Source of the DNA: Terracidiphilus sp.
GTDB taxonomy: Bacteria; Acidobacteriota; Terriglobia; Terriglobales; Acidobacteriaceae
Assembly (NCBI GenBank): GCA_049522255.1
Contig: JBEKOA010000001.1
Coordinates: forward strand, 4,216 to 68,215
DNA length: 64,000 bases
Reading direction: 5' to 3'
The notes under the pieces were generated by a model. The model searched no databases. It had not been told where the DNA came from and worked only from the letters and a program-made list of their open reading frames with translations. The translations under genes and the position numbers were made by a program. Positions 10,293-17,931 of the stretch are shown here, piece after piece (within the stretch, counting starts at the first letter, position 1; each line of letters opens with the position of its first letter).

Positions 10293-10693
10293 GGCTGTCG
10301 ACACGCTGTCTATGCGTACCGTCCTCTCCCTGAAGTCTGACACCCGCTCCCTGCTACCGCTGAGCAATCGGACACTACGTTGTGTCTTGCATCGCCCGGG
10401 ACGGGACAATCACCTCTCTTCAGCTTCAACTGAGTGAGGGTGTTCATTGGGATCAATCAGTGGGGCGTTGTGACTTCGCCGGCTCGCCGGTCACAGATGA
10501 CAACTATCCACGAGGCGAACGGCATGCCAGCCAGGCCGATCTCAATTAGTTGTGCAATTAGGAACAACAATCTGAGTCGACAATGCCCAGACTGGATTCT
10601 GTGTTCCTTCGCGGCATGAAGTTGTCCAATTCTCGCCGTTTTTGTCAAAAACGCTCCAAAGCAAGAAGCAATTGATATCCAGGAGGCAACCTC

Positions 10694-10939
10694 ATGAAGG
10701 CTAGTACACGGCAACTCGAAGCGGTACCGGAGACATCTGAAGAGCAAAAGAATAGAGCTGACGTCGCTCACATCCTGGAAGAAGACGAGATCAAGCAAAT
10801 CTACCGGGACAGGAGTGCGGAAGACGCTCTCGACGAAGCAGAGGATAATGAAGCCGCAGTAGAAGAGGAAGTCGATGAGTTGGAAGAAGAAGATGACGTA
10901 GTCCGGGCCGCGCAAGGAAGCCGGAATTTGACTCCCTGA
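10694..10939 (+). CDS. Small, very acidic hypothetical protein
   Basis: AGGAGG RBS; E/D-rich 81 aa. Confidence 0.6.
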   Translation: MKASTRQLEAVPETSEEQKNRADVAHILEEDEIKQIYRDRSAEDALDEAEDNEAAVEEEVDELEEEDDVVRAAQGSRNLTP

Positions 10940-10987
10940 TCCTATCGGTGAGCAAGGCCTGAAACAGGAGGGGCAAGAGAAGTCACG

Positions 10988-11182
10988 ATGACAAAGCTTA
11001 CGTATGAGGAGCGGAAGGAACTGCCCGAAGGGGAGTTTGTCTTTCCGAAGACGCGGCGCTACCCGATTGAGGACGCCGGGCACGCGCGAGATGCGCTGGC
11101 CCGGTCCAGCGGAAAGCCGGAACACACGACGGTGGTGGCGGCGGTCAAACGAAAGTATCCAGAGATCGATGTAGAGAAATGA
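10988..11182 (+). CDS. Small protein resembling the DUF6582 family (assignment from memory)
   Basis: ERKELP..EFVFP..RRYPI.D..HAR.AL pattern; CAGGAGG upstream. Confidence 0.65.
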   Translation: MTKLTYEERKELPEGEFVFPKTRRYPIEDAGHARDALARSSGKPEHTTVVAAVKRKYPEIDVEK

Positions 11183-11374
11183 GGAGCGGACTGCTACGGA
11201 GACGCTGGCCGGGCATCGTGGCTCGGGTCCCGTTCCAGATGACCGGCAAAGCCGTCCGTGTCTTTACAGGCTTGGCCCGATCCACGCGCAAGATCTCAGA
11301 CTTGCTTGGATAGCTGCAGCAAATTGAGTTGGGGCTGATTCCACACGATCAGCCCGTTGGCCACTTGGTTTGTG

Positions 11375-11399
11375 TTTTGCCCGCATTTTGCCCGCAAAT
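11375..11399 (+). repeat. Tandem direct repeat, integrase arm-type-like (TTTTGCCCGC x2 + AAAT)
   Basis: 10-mer at 11375 and 11386, 11-nt period, upstream of the tRNA-Ala fragment. Confidence 0.6.
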
Positions 11400-11475
11400 A
11401 GCGCCCAGTGGGCCGTTTTTGCCGGTTATGCCGGTTAGTAAGTACTGTGCCGTCTGTACTTTGCGGTTTGAACTG

Positions 11476-11519
11476 CTCCATGGCATGGAAGGCATCCGTT
11501 CGAATCCTACCAAGTCACC
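11476..11519 (+). pseudogene. Degenerate tRNA-Ala(GGC) 3' fragment (old att core)
   Basis: CTCC-ATGGCAT-GGAAG anticodon arm, GTTCGAATCC T-loop, then ..CCAAGTCACC; no 5' half. Confidence 0.5.
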
Positions 11520-11623
11520 CGCATGCTTGCTCAGATGCGGTTGGAAGGCCGTACTTAGGAAGAAGTCTCGGGCTGAACCTGCACATTCAGCCCACTAGCC
11601 CCACTGCGTTGATTGGTTGGAAA

Positions 11624-11648
11624 ATTTGGTAGCAATTTGGTAGCAAAT
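11624..11648 (+). repeat. Tandem direct repeat, integrase arm-type-like (ATTTGGTAGC x2 + AAAT)
   Basis: 10-mer at 11624 and 11635; related copy ATTTGGTGGCAAAT at 11808-11821. Confidence 0.7.
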
Positions 11649-11723
11649 GGCGCCGATTATGCCAGTTTTGCCGACTCATCCGGTTTATAACTCCTTTGCC
11701 GTCAACAAATCGTCCTACGGTTG

Positions 11724-11773
11724 CCACCTTCACACGGTGGAAGTCGCAGGTTCGAATCCTGCAGCGCCCACCA
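11724..11773 (+). mobile_element. tRNA-Val(CAC) 3' half = att core of an integrative element (not a complete tRNA)
   Basis: CCACC-TTCACAC-GGTGG anticodon arm, AAGTC, GCAGG-TTCGAAT-CCTGC T-arm, AGCGCCC-A-CCA; the upstream 25 nt lack GGGCGCT and a D-arm. Confidence 0.85.
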
Positions 11774-11776
11774 TAA

Positions 11777-11789
11777 AATCAATAACTTA
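11777..11789 (+). promoter_or_regulatory. IHF-binding consensus site next to the att core
   Basis: AATCAATAACTTA matches WATCAANNNNTTR exactly. Confidence 0.6.
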
Positions 11790-12111
11790 CGTCATTTCCG
11801 CAGAGCGATTTGGTGGCAAATGTTGAGAGCCCTTGCACAGCTCAGCCTGCGTCGGCCCCATTGCATTGACGGAACCGACCACCAGCTTCACACTTTCCGG
11901 CAGATTCGTTGGCCGCGGTCTCGGTCTACCTGCACGCCTGCGCCTCGGTCAGCGAGGCCAGAACTTCCATAGGACGCTCCTGGGACTTCTGCAACTTCAT
12001 TCCTCCGGACTCAAGCCTGAAAGCGCTCACGCCCGATCAGCGATCGCTCAGCCGACCGCCAGAGTCCATGGCGGCCTGAAAGCAAAAGCTGTCCGAAGTA
12101 CCGGGACCTCC

Positions 12112-13395
12112 TCAATCTCCCGCTGATTCTGTGTCATATGCAAGAACAGCCTCAGGGGTCTTCCCTTGACGAGTATTGCGATAGCTGAAAACCTGAGCAC
12201 GGCTCAGGGCAGCGGCTGTCCAGGTGAACTTCCAGTGCACGCCAAACTCCAGCAGTAACGCTACGCTGCCGAGCATCAGTCCGGCAAAACACATCAGGCC
12301 GGTCCCATAGCTTCCGAAGATGTCCTTGAGAGCGCCAAGAGCCGACGGAAGAAAGAATCCTCCCAGGCCGCCCGCTGCGCCAACAATGCCGGTGATCAGT
12401 TCAATGTCTGCCGGGAATCGTTGCGGCGCCATCTGAAAGACAGCTCCATTGCCCATACCCAGCATCCCCATGGAGACAAAGAGCATGGGCACCACGACCA
12501 CAATGGGCGGAAGACCACTGACAACCATGAGACAAACTGATATGCAGGCAAAGAGCGCGAGAAGCAATCTGTAACCTCCAATTCTATCGGCAAGCCATCC
12601 TCCGACAGGGCGCAGAAAACTTCCAGAGAGAACAACGATCGTGGTGAAGTCACCTGCCTGCACCTTAGTCAGGTGGTACTGATCGTGAAAGAAGACTGAG
12701 AGAAAGCTTGCCAAGCCCACAAAACCGCCGAATGTGAGGCTATAGAGGAAGCAGAGCCGCCATGTATCGCCCTGCCCAAGCAGTTGTGCGTATTGTCCCA
12801 AGGTTTTTGGTTTTGATTTCGTCGGACTGTTTTTGGCCAGGATCGAAAAGGCTGCTAGCACGAGCAAAACTGGAAGCAGTGCCAGCCCGAAGACAAAATG
12901 CCAACCAAAATGCTGCGCCAGTCGCGGTCCAAAGAAAGTTGCCAGAAGCGTCCCCGAGTTGCCTGCGCCTGCGATGCCCATGGCCAGTCCCTGATGCTCG
13001 GCGGGATACCATCGGCCCGCAAGGGGAAGTGCGACGGCGAAGCTTGCGCCAGCAATGCCCAGCAAGAATCCAATTGCATAGAACTGCCATAGCGCAGTGG
13101 CATAGTGCCAGCCAAGTACGAGGGGAACCAGCGTAAGTGTGAGACCAGTGAGACCAGCACGGCGGCCGCCGATGCGGTCGGCGAGTAACCCAAGAATGGG
13201 CCGGAAAAAAGAACCGCCCAGCAGTGGAATGGCGGTAAGCAATCCCTTTTGAGTTGCGGTCAAATGCATTTGATCAGCAATGAAAGGGGTCATGGGTCCA
13301 AAGAGAACCCACACCATAAAGCTGACGTCGAAGTAGAGAAATGCGGAAACAAGCGTGGGCAAGTGGCCGCTGGAAGCGAAAGATTTCTTGTCCAT
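12112..13395 (-). CDS. narK: NarK/NRT2-family nitrate/nitrite MFS transporter
   Basis: GSFFRPILG, GIAGASFAV, GAGNSG, TFGGFVG, GSFLRPVGGWLADR, GMGNGAVFQ nitrate signatures. Confidence 0.9.
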   Translation of the reverse strand: MDKKSFASSGHLPTLVSAFLYFDVSFMVWVLFGPMTPFIADQMHLTATQKGLLTAIPLLGGSFFRPILGLLADRIGGRRAGLTGLTLTLVPLVLGWHYATALWQFYAIGFLLGIAGASFAVALPLAGRWYPAEHQGLAMGIAGAGNSGTLLATFFGPRLAQHFGWHFVFGLALLPVLLVLAAFSILAKNSPTKSKPKTLGQYAQLLGQGDTWRLCFLYSLTFGGFVGLASFLSVFFHDQYHLTKVQAGDFTTIVVLSGSFLRPVGGWLADRIGGYRLLLALFACISVCLMVVSGLPPIVVVVPMLFVSMGMLGMGNGAVFQMAPQRFPADIELITGIVGAAGGLGGFFLPSALGALKDIFGSYGTGLMCFAGLMLGSVALLLEFGVHWKFTWTAAALSRAQVFSYRNTRQGKTPEAVLAYDTESAGD

Positions 13396-13436
13396 GTGCG
13401 ATCCTCCTGGGGCATTGATTTTGCGAATGAACTAGG

Positions 13437-15650
13437 TTATGAAGTCGGCGCTGCTTTGATGGGAGTGCGTTCGACGCGCACTGCGCATTGCTTGAAGTTG
13501 GGTTCGCGCGAAATGGGATCGAACGCGCTTTGCGTAATCTGATTGGCGTTGCTCTCGACAAAGTGAAAAGGAAGAAAGACCTGTCCTGGAGCAACGATCT
13601 CGGTAATGCGCAACTCAACCTTGCTGACCCGGCCACGCGCAGAGAGCACATCCACGCGATCGTGGGGACGCAAGCCCAGACGCTTCGCGTCCACCGGATT
13701 CATCTCCAGCCATGCGCGCGGAGAAAGGCGCTGCAAAATGTCGATGCCTCCGGTCTTGGTGCGGGTATGCCAGTGTTCTACGGTGCGCCCGGTATTGAGC
13801 ACAAAGGGATATTCTTTGTTGGGTTGCTCTGGAAAAGGAGCCCAGACGGTGGGAATCAGCCTGGCGCGTCCGTCTTCGGTCTGATACTGGCCATCGGTGT
13901 ATAGTCGCCGCGGCACAGTCGGGTCCAAAAAGGCTCCTTGCGGGTAGGGCCACTGGATTCCACCGTTGGACTCGATGGCATCGTAAGTCATGCCGGAGTA
14001 GTCGCAGAGCCTTCCTGCCGAGACGCGGCGCCACTCTTCAAATGCGTCGGTAGGCGTATTCCAGCCGGGGAATAGCTCTTCGCGGCAACCCAATCGTTCG
14101 GCGACAGCAAGAAAGATTTCGAAGTCGCTGCGTGCCTCGGCGGGTGGAGCGACAGCGGCATTGGCTTTGCTGGCGCGGCGTTCTGAGTTGGTGTAGGTCC
14201 CTTCTTTTTCTCCCCAAATGGCAGCAGGCAATACAAGATTGGCTAACTCGGTGGTGGGGGTTGGATGAAATCCATCCTGCACCACAAGAAAGTCCAGATT
14301 ACTCAGCGCATGTTTAAGTACATCGATATTTGGAAAGGAGACCAGGGGATTGGTGCCAATGATCCATAGCGCGCGAATCCTTCCCGCGACAGCAGCTTCG
14401 ATAATGTCAGGATAAGCAAGGCCACGTTGGGTGGGAATGCGCTCGATGGGAATGTTCCATAGGCGAGCCAGTTCTTTGCGGTCCACTTCAGATTCAAATT
14501 TCCGATACCCTGGGAGACCCGAAGCAAAGCCAGCCTCACGAGTGCCCATGGCGTTGCATTGTCCAGTGATGGAGAAAGGCGAAGCCCCGGCGCGCCCGAT
14601 GTTACCAGTAATCAGGGCAAGGTTGTTGATGGCATTAACGGTCTCGGTGCCCTTGGTGCTGTGATTCACCCCCATCGTCCATCCGATGAATGCAGCCTTG
14701 GCATTGCCGTAAAGTAGTGCCGTCCTATGAATCAGTTCCGGCGTGAGACCTGTGATCTTGGCTGCATGCTCCAGCGTGCAGGATTCGAGTGACGCGCGCA
14801 ATTCTTCAAATCCCGTAGTGTAATGCTCGACATATTGCTTGTCATAGAGATCCTCGTTGATGATGATGCGTAGCATGGCATTGATAAGTGCGAGGTCCGA
14901 TCGCGGCTTCAGGGGGAGATATACATCGGCCATCATCGCCGTTTTGGTAACGCGCGGATCGGCCACTATCATCGTTTTGCCGCGATTGCCTTCCAGGCGC
15001 GTACAGAGAATCGGATGATTCTCCGCAACATTGGCTCCGATGAGCAGAATGACATCCGCGGTCTCCAGATCGGCATAGGCGCCGGGCGGTCCATCGCTTC
15101 CAAAAGAACGCTTGTAGCCGGAGACTGCGGTGGACATACAAAGCGTGGTGTTACCGTCATAGTTGCGCGTGCCCAATCCCAGTTGCACCAGCTTGCCCAG
15201 CGCATAGAACTCTTCCGTAAGCAACTGGCCGGTACTGATGACGCCAACCGAATCAGGGCCATATTTGATTTGCGCGGCGCGAAAGCGCTCCACCATAGTT
15301 TCCACCGCTTCGTCCCAACCAACGCGTACTAGCTCATTGTTTTTTCGCAGCAACGGATACCTGGCGCGATCCTTAGCCTCGATTGTGTAGTGCTCTGACA
15401 AGCCTTTTGGACAAAGCTTGCCAAGGTTGACCGGGTGATCGCGATCCCCGCGAACGCTGACAACTTTTCCCTTGCTTACACCTAACTCCATTCCGCAACC
15501 TACAGAGCAGTATCCGCAGGTGCTTTTCACCCACGTTTCCGCATGTTTGCGGGTCGAGGTGAAGCCGAGCACCGGGTCAATCCCGTAACTGTATTTAGCG
15601 GAGAGGTTGTCCAGCCCGCTTTTGCGTAATACCCAGTCCAGCACACTCAT
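13437..15650 (-). CDS. nasA: Cytoplasmic Mo-bisPGD nitrate reductase catalytic subunit (NasA/NarB-type)
   Basis: CGYCSVGC..LCPKG [4Fe-4S]; NTTLCM Mo-Cys; GQCNAMGTRE; EKEGTYTNSERR; ATGA overlap with the upstream gene fixes the start at 15650; no Tat motif. Confidence 0.88.
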   Translation of the reverse strand: MSVLDWVLRKSGLDNLSAKYSYGIDPVLGFTSTRKHAETWVKSTCGYCSVGCGMELGVSKGKVVSVRGDRDHPVNLGKLCPKGLSEHYTIEAKDRARYPLLRKNNELVRVGWDEAVETMVERFRAAQIKYGPDSVGVISTGQLLTEEFYALGKLVQLGLGTRNYDGNTTLCMSTAVSGYKRSFGSDGPPGAYADLETADVILLIGANVAENHPILCTRLEGNRGKTMIVADPRVTKTAMMADVYLPLKPRSDLALINAMLRIIINEDLYDKQYVEHYTTGFEELRASLESCTLEHAAKITGLTPELIHRTALLYGNAKAAFIGWTMGVNHSTKGTETVNAINNLALITGNIGRAGASPFSITGQCNAMGTREAGFASGLPGYRKFESEVDRKELARLWNIPIERIPTQRGLAYPDIIEAAVAGRIRALWIIGTNPLVSFPNIDVLKHALSNLDFLVVQDGFHPTPTTELANLVLPAAIWGEKEGTYTNSERRASKANAAVAPPAEARSDFEIFLAVAERLGCREELFPGWNTPTDAFEEWRRVSAGRLCDYSGMTYDAIESNGGIQWPYPQGAFLDPTVPRRLYTDGQYQTEDGRARLIPTVWAPFPEQPNKEYPFVLNTGRTVEHWHTRTKTGGIDILQRLSPRAWLEMNPVDAKRLGLRPHDRVDVLSARGRVSKVELRITEIVAPGQVFLPFHFVESNANQITQSAFDPISREPNFKQCAVRVERTPIKAAPTS

Positions 15651-17284
15651 GCAGACTCCATGGAGAGATATTCGGTTGCAATGTTGCTGGGAACGACACT
15701 GACAAAGAAGAGATAGCGGCTCACGAATTCGCCGGCAATCAGAAGAAGTGCAACGGGAACAGCCATCCACCGAGTCTGCGCAAAAGGTACAAGCAACAGG
15801 CCCGCGCTGAGCAAAAGGAGGCGCAGCATCAAGAGATTCGAGAGTACGGTGAAAAGCAGGATGAAGACTCCGCGACGCTCATGCGCAGAGGAGCGGGCCA
15901 GCCAAACCATTTTCATGCCGGCGGCAAGAATCGTCGCGATACCGGTAACGATTACCGCCCGTTGCGTAAACGTGGCTGTTCCACTGAGAATGTTGGCGCC
16001 CGCAGAGCCGAGCAGCATGGCGGTCAGAAAGAACTCCACAATAGTGAATGGGGAGTTCCACCCTGGGCGTCCCGGCGCCAAATACAATCGTGCGCTGCAG
16101 CCGACGCCGGCTATGCCAAAGATGACAGTCAATCCACCTAAGACTGTAACTGTATGAGCAGGCAGCATCGCATTGATCTCGCGAAGAAGCAGAACGAGAG
16201 AGGTAGTGAGTTTTTGGAAGACGGCCATGTGTCTAAGATCGAAGCCACCGGGCAAGGTGATCCACAGCGCCGCGGAATACGCAGCCGCGGCGTTGGCAAA
16301 GAGAGTAAACATCAAGACTTCCCGGCTGAGCCATGATCGACGCCACATCTTCAAAGCGCGCACGGCATGAATCGGTCGCCCCAGATGCAGCGTTGAGGCT
16401 CCGAGCGCTACGGTTGCGATCATCAGCGCAACGAGTGCAGCCACGCAGTGCAGGTGAGCACCAAAGATCTGCATCAGCCATATGGAAGAAAATGCGCCTA
16501 CCGAAAGCTGTGTCAGAACGGTCATTACCACCAGCGGCCAATGAGCATGCTCGGGACGAAGACGGTTGAGATCCACTTTGGCGGAATCGCGTGGCATGCG
16601 ATTGGGCAGGGTGATACGCGTTGTGGATAGACTGTCGTCTGCCGAGGGCATCCCTGGCGCGTTTGCGTCGGTGCGATATTGTTCACGCCATTCCGCAGTG
16701 CGCACAATTTCAATGCGAATGGCGCCTTCCGGACAGGCAGAGACGCAGGCTGGATTTTGCCCCTCGGTCAGACGCCCGTAGCACATATCGCATTTACCGA
16801 CGACGCCGCGCTCCGGGTTGTACTGGGGCACGCCGTAAGAACAGTTCCAGGTGCAATATTGGCAACCAATGCAGATATCCGCGTTGTGGCGCACGATTCC
16901 AGTGGGGCCGTCTTTTGAGTAAGCGTCGACCGGGCAGCCCGTCATGCAAGTCGGCTCCAGACAGTGATTGCAGCCGATAGAGAGATAGTTGCGCTGGGTA
17001 TCCGGATAAGTGCCGCCTTCGATTTCGCCGACCCGCCGCCACAGAATGTCGGCAGGATTTCCGTTCTGCTCGTTGCAAGCCACCACGCAACACTTGCAGC
17101 CGATGCACTTGGTCATGTCGAAATGAAAACGATATTGTTCGCCCGGTCCCGGTGGAGGCGGAAGAGGAACATCGACTCCGCTGCCGCACAACTGAACCAA
17201 CCCCTGCCCGGAATTTTGGGCAGAGGTCGTCAGGTTGAAGGCATCGTCGCCGGCCTTGACCCGTTCGAGTAAGGGAAGTTCCAT
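15647..17284 (-). CDS. Fused 4x[4Fe-4S] DmsB/NrfC-type subunit and DmsC/YnfH membrane anchor
   Basis: CIGCKCCVVAC, CNHC..TC..GCP, CIGCQYCTWNC, CDMC..PACVSACP, then ~8 TM with HWPLV.MTVLTQ and S.LHLGRP..A.RA...WRRSWLSRE; GGAG RBS before ATG 17284. Confidence 0.85.
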   Translation of the reverse strand: MELPLLERVKAGDDAFNLTTSAQNSGQGLVQLCGSGVDVPLPPPPGPGEQYRFHFDMTKCIGCKCCVVACNEQNGNPADILWRRVGEIEGGTYPDTQRNYLSIGCNHCLEPTCMTGCPVDAYSKDGPTGIVRHNADICIGCQYCTWNCSYGVPQYNPERGVVGKCDMCYGRLTEGQNPACVSACPEGAIRIEIVRTAEWREQYRTDANAPGMPSADDSLSTTRITLPNRMPRDSAKVDLNRLRPEHAHWPLVVMTVLTQLSVGAFSSIWLMQIFGAHLHCVAALVALMIATVALGASTLHLGRPIHAVRALKMWRRSWLSREVLMFTLFANAAAAYSAALWITLPGGFDLRHMAVFQKLTTSLVLLLREINAMLPAHTVTVLGGLTVIFGIAGVGCSARLYLAPGRPGWNSPFTIVEFFLTAMLLGSAGANILSGTATFTQRAVIVTGIATILAAGMKMVWLARSSAHERRGVFILLFTVLSNLLMLRLLLLSAGLLLVPFAQTRWMAVPVALLLIAGEFVSRYLFFVSVVPSNIATEYLSMESA

Positions 17285-17931
17285 CGATAGCTCCATCGTG
17301 TGCGGCACGCGCAATGTGCGAAGAGGACTGGTGTCAGGGACACGCCGCCCTCGACCGATGACGGTTGCTCTCAGACGTTCGAGCCCCTGTAATTTGTTGG
17401 TGGTTTGGCGATCAGGCCAGGCTCTTCGCGGAGCCAACTGGAAATCACTTCAGCTTGGGGAAGCATCCGGCACACTGGGCCAGACCTTCGCGGTGTGAGC
17501 TCTCTCAAAAGAGTCTCATTCCGCGTGGAGTGATTGCGTTGAGCATAGCGTCAAATAAGAATCAATGCAAGTAGATTCTGGTTTTGAACAATCTGTGCAG
17601 AAATCTCATTCAATATGCGTGGAAAAGCACCTTCCACTCTTGTATTCCCGATTGGATGCGTGTTAAAGCGAAGTCGGAGAGTTTCCCCATTCACCTTGCC
17701 CCGGGCATTCTTCGGGAGGTGATGATTGGGTCATTGCTTCTCTTCAGGCTTCTATCGAGTGTGACCAACGGACTATGTTTTTGCCGATCTTTAATCATGC
17801 GATACTGGAGTTGAAGATTGCTTCGAGTCCGCTGGATTCATGCGGAAATGGAGCGACGCAACTTTGCGCTGCCCGCTCTTCGTATCTTCCATCTGTGTCC
17901 ATTTCTTCTAACCCAGCACACGGAGAGACCC

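Noticed and set aside
11700-11773. Complete tRNA-Val gene
   Set aside because: The 5' acceptor strand and D-arm are missing; only the anticodon arm to CCA is present.
11190-12110. Integrase remnants flanking the att scars (ISDLLG*, AVQGLSTFATK)
   Set aside because: Only a few suggestive residues with stops; this cannot be supported without a tblastn search.
13437-15770. Periplasmic NapA, or the longer 777-aa start
   Set aside because: No twin-arginine signal and no napBCD; the ATGA overlap supports a start at 15650.
17285-17931. Moco, guanidine or cobalamin riboswitch, or a sigma54 promoter
   Set aside because: Core consensus elements are not found, and the GG/GC spacing of the TGGA..TTGC candidate is off by one.
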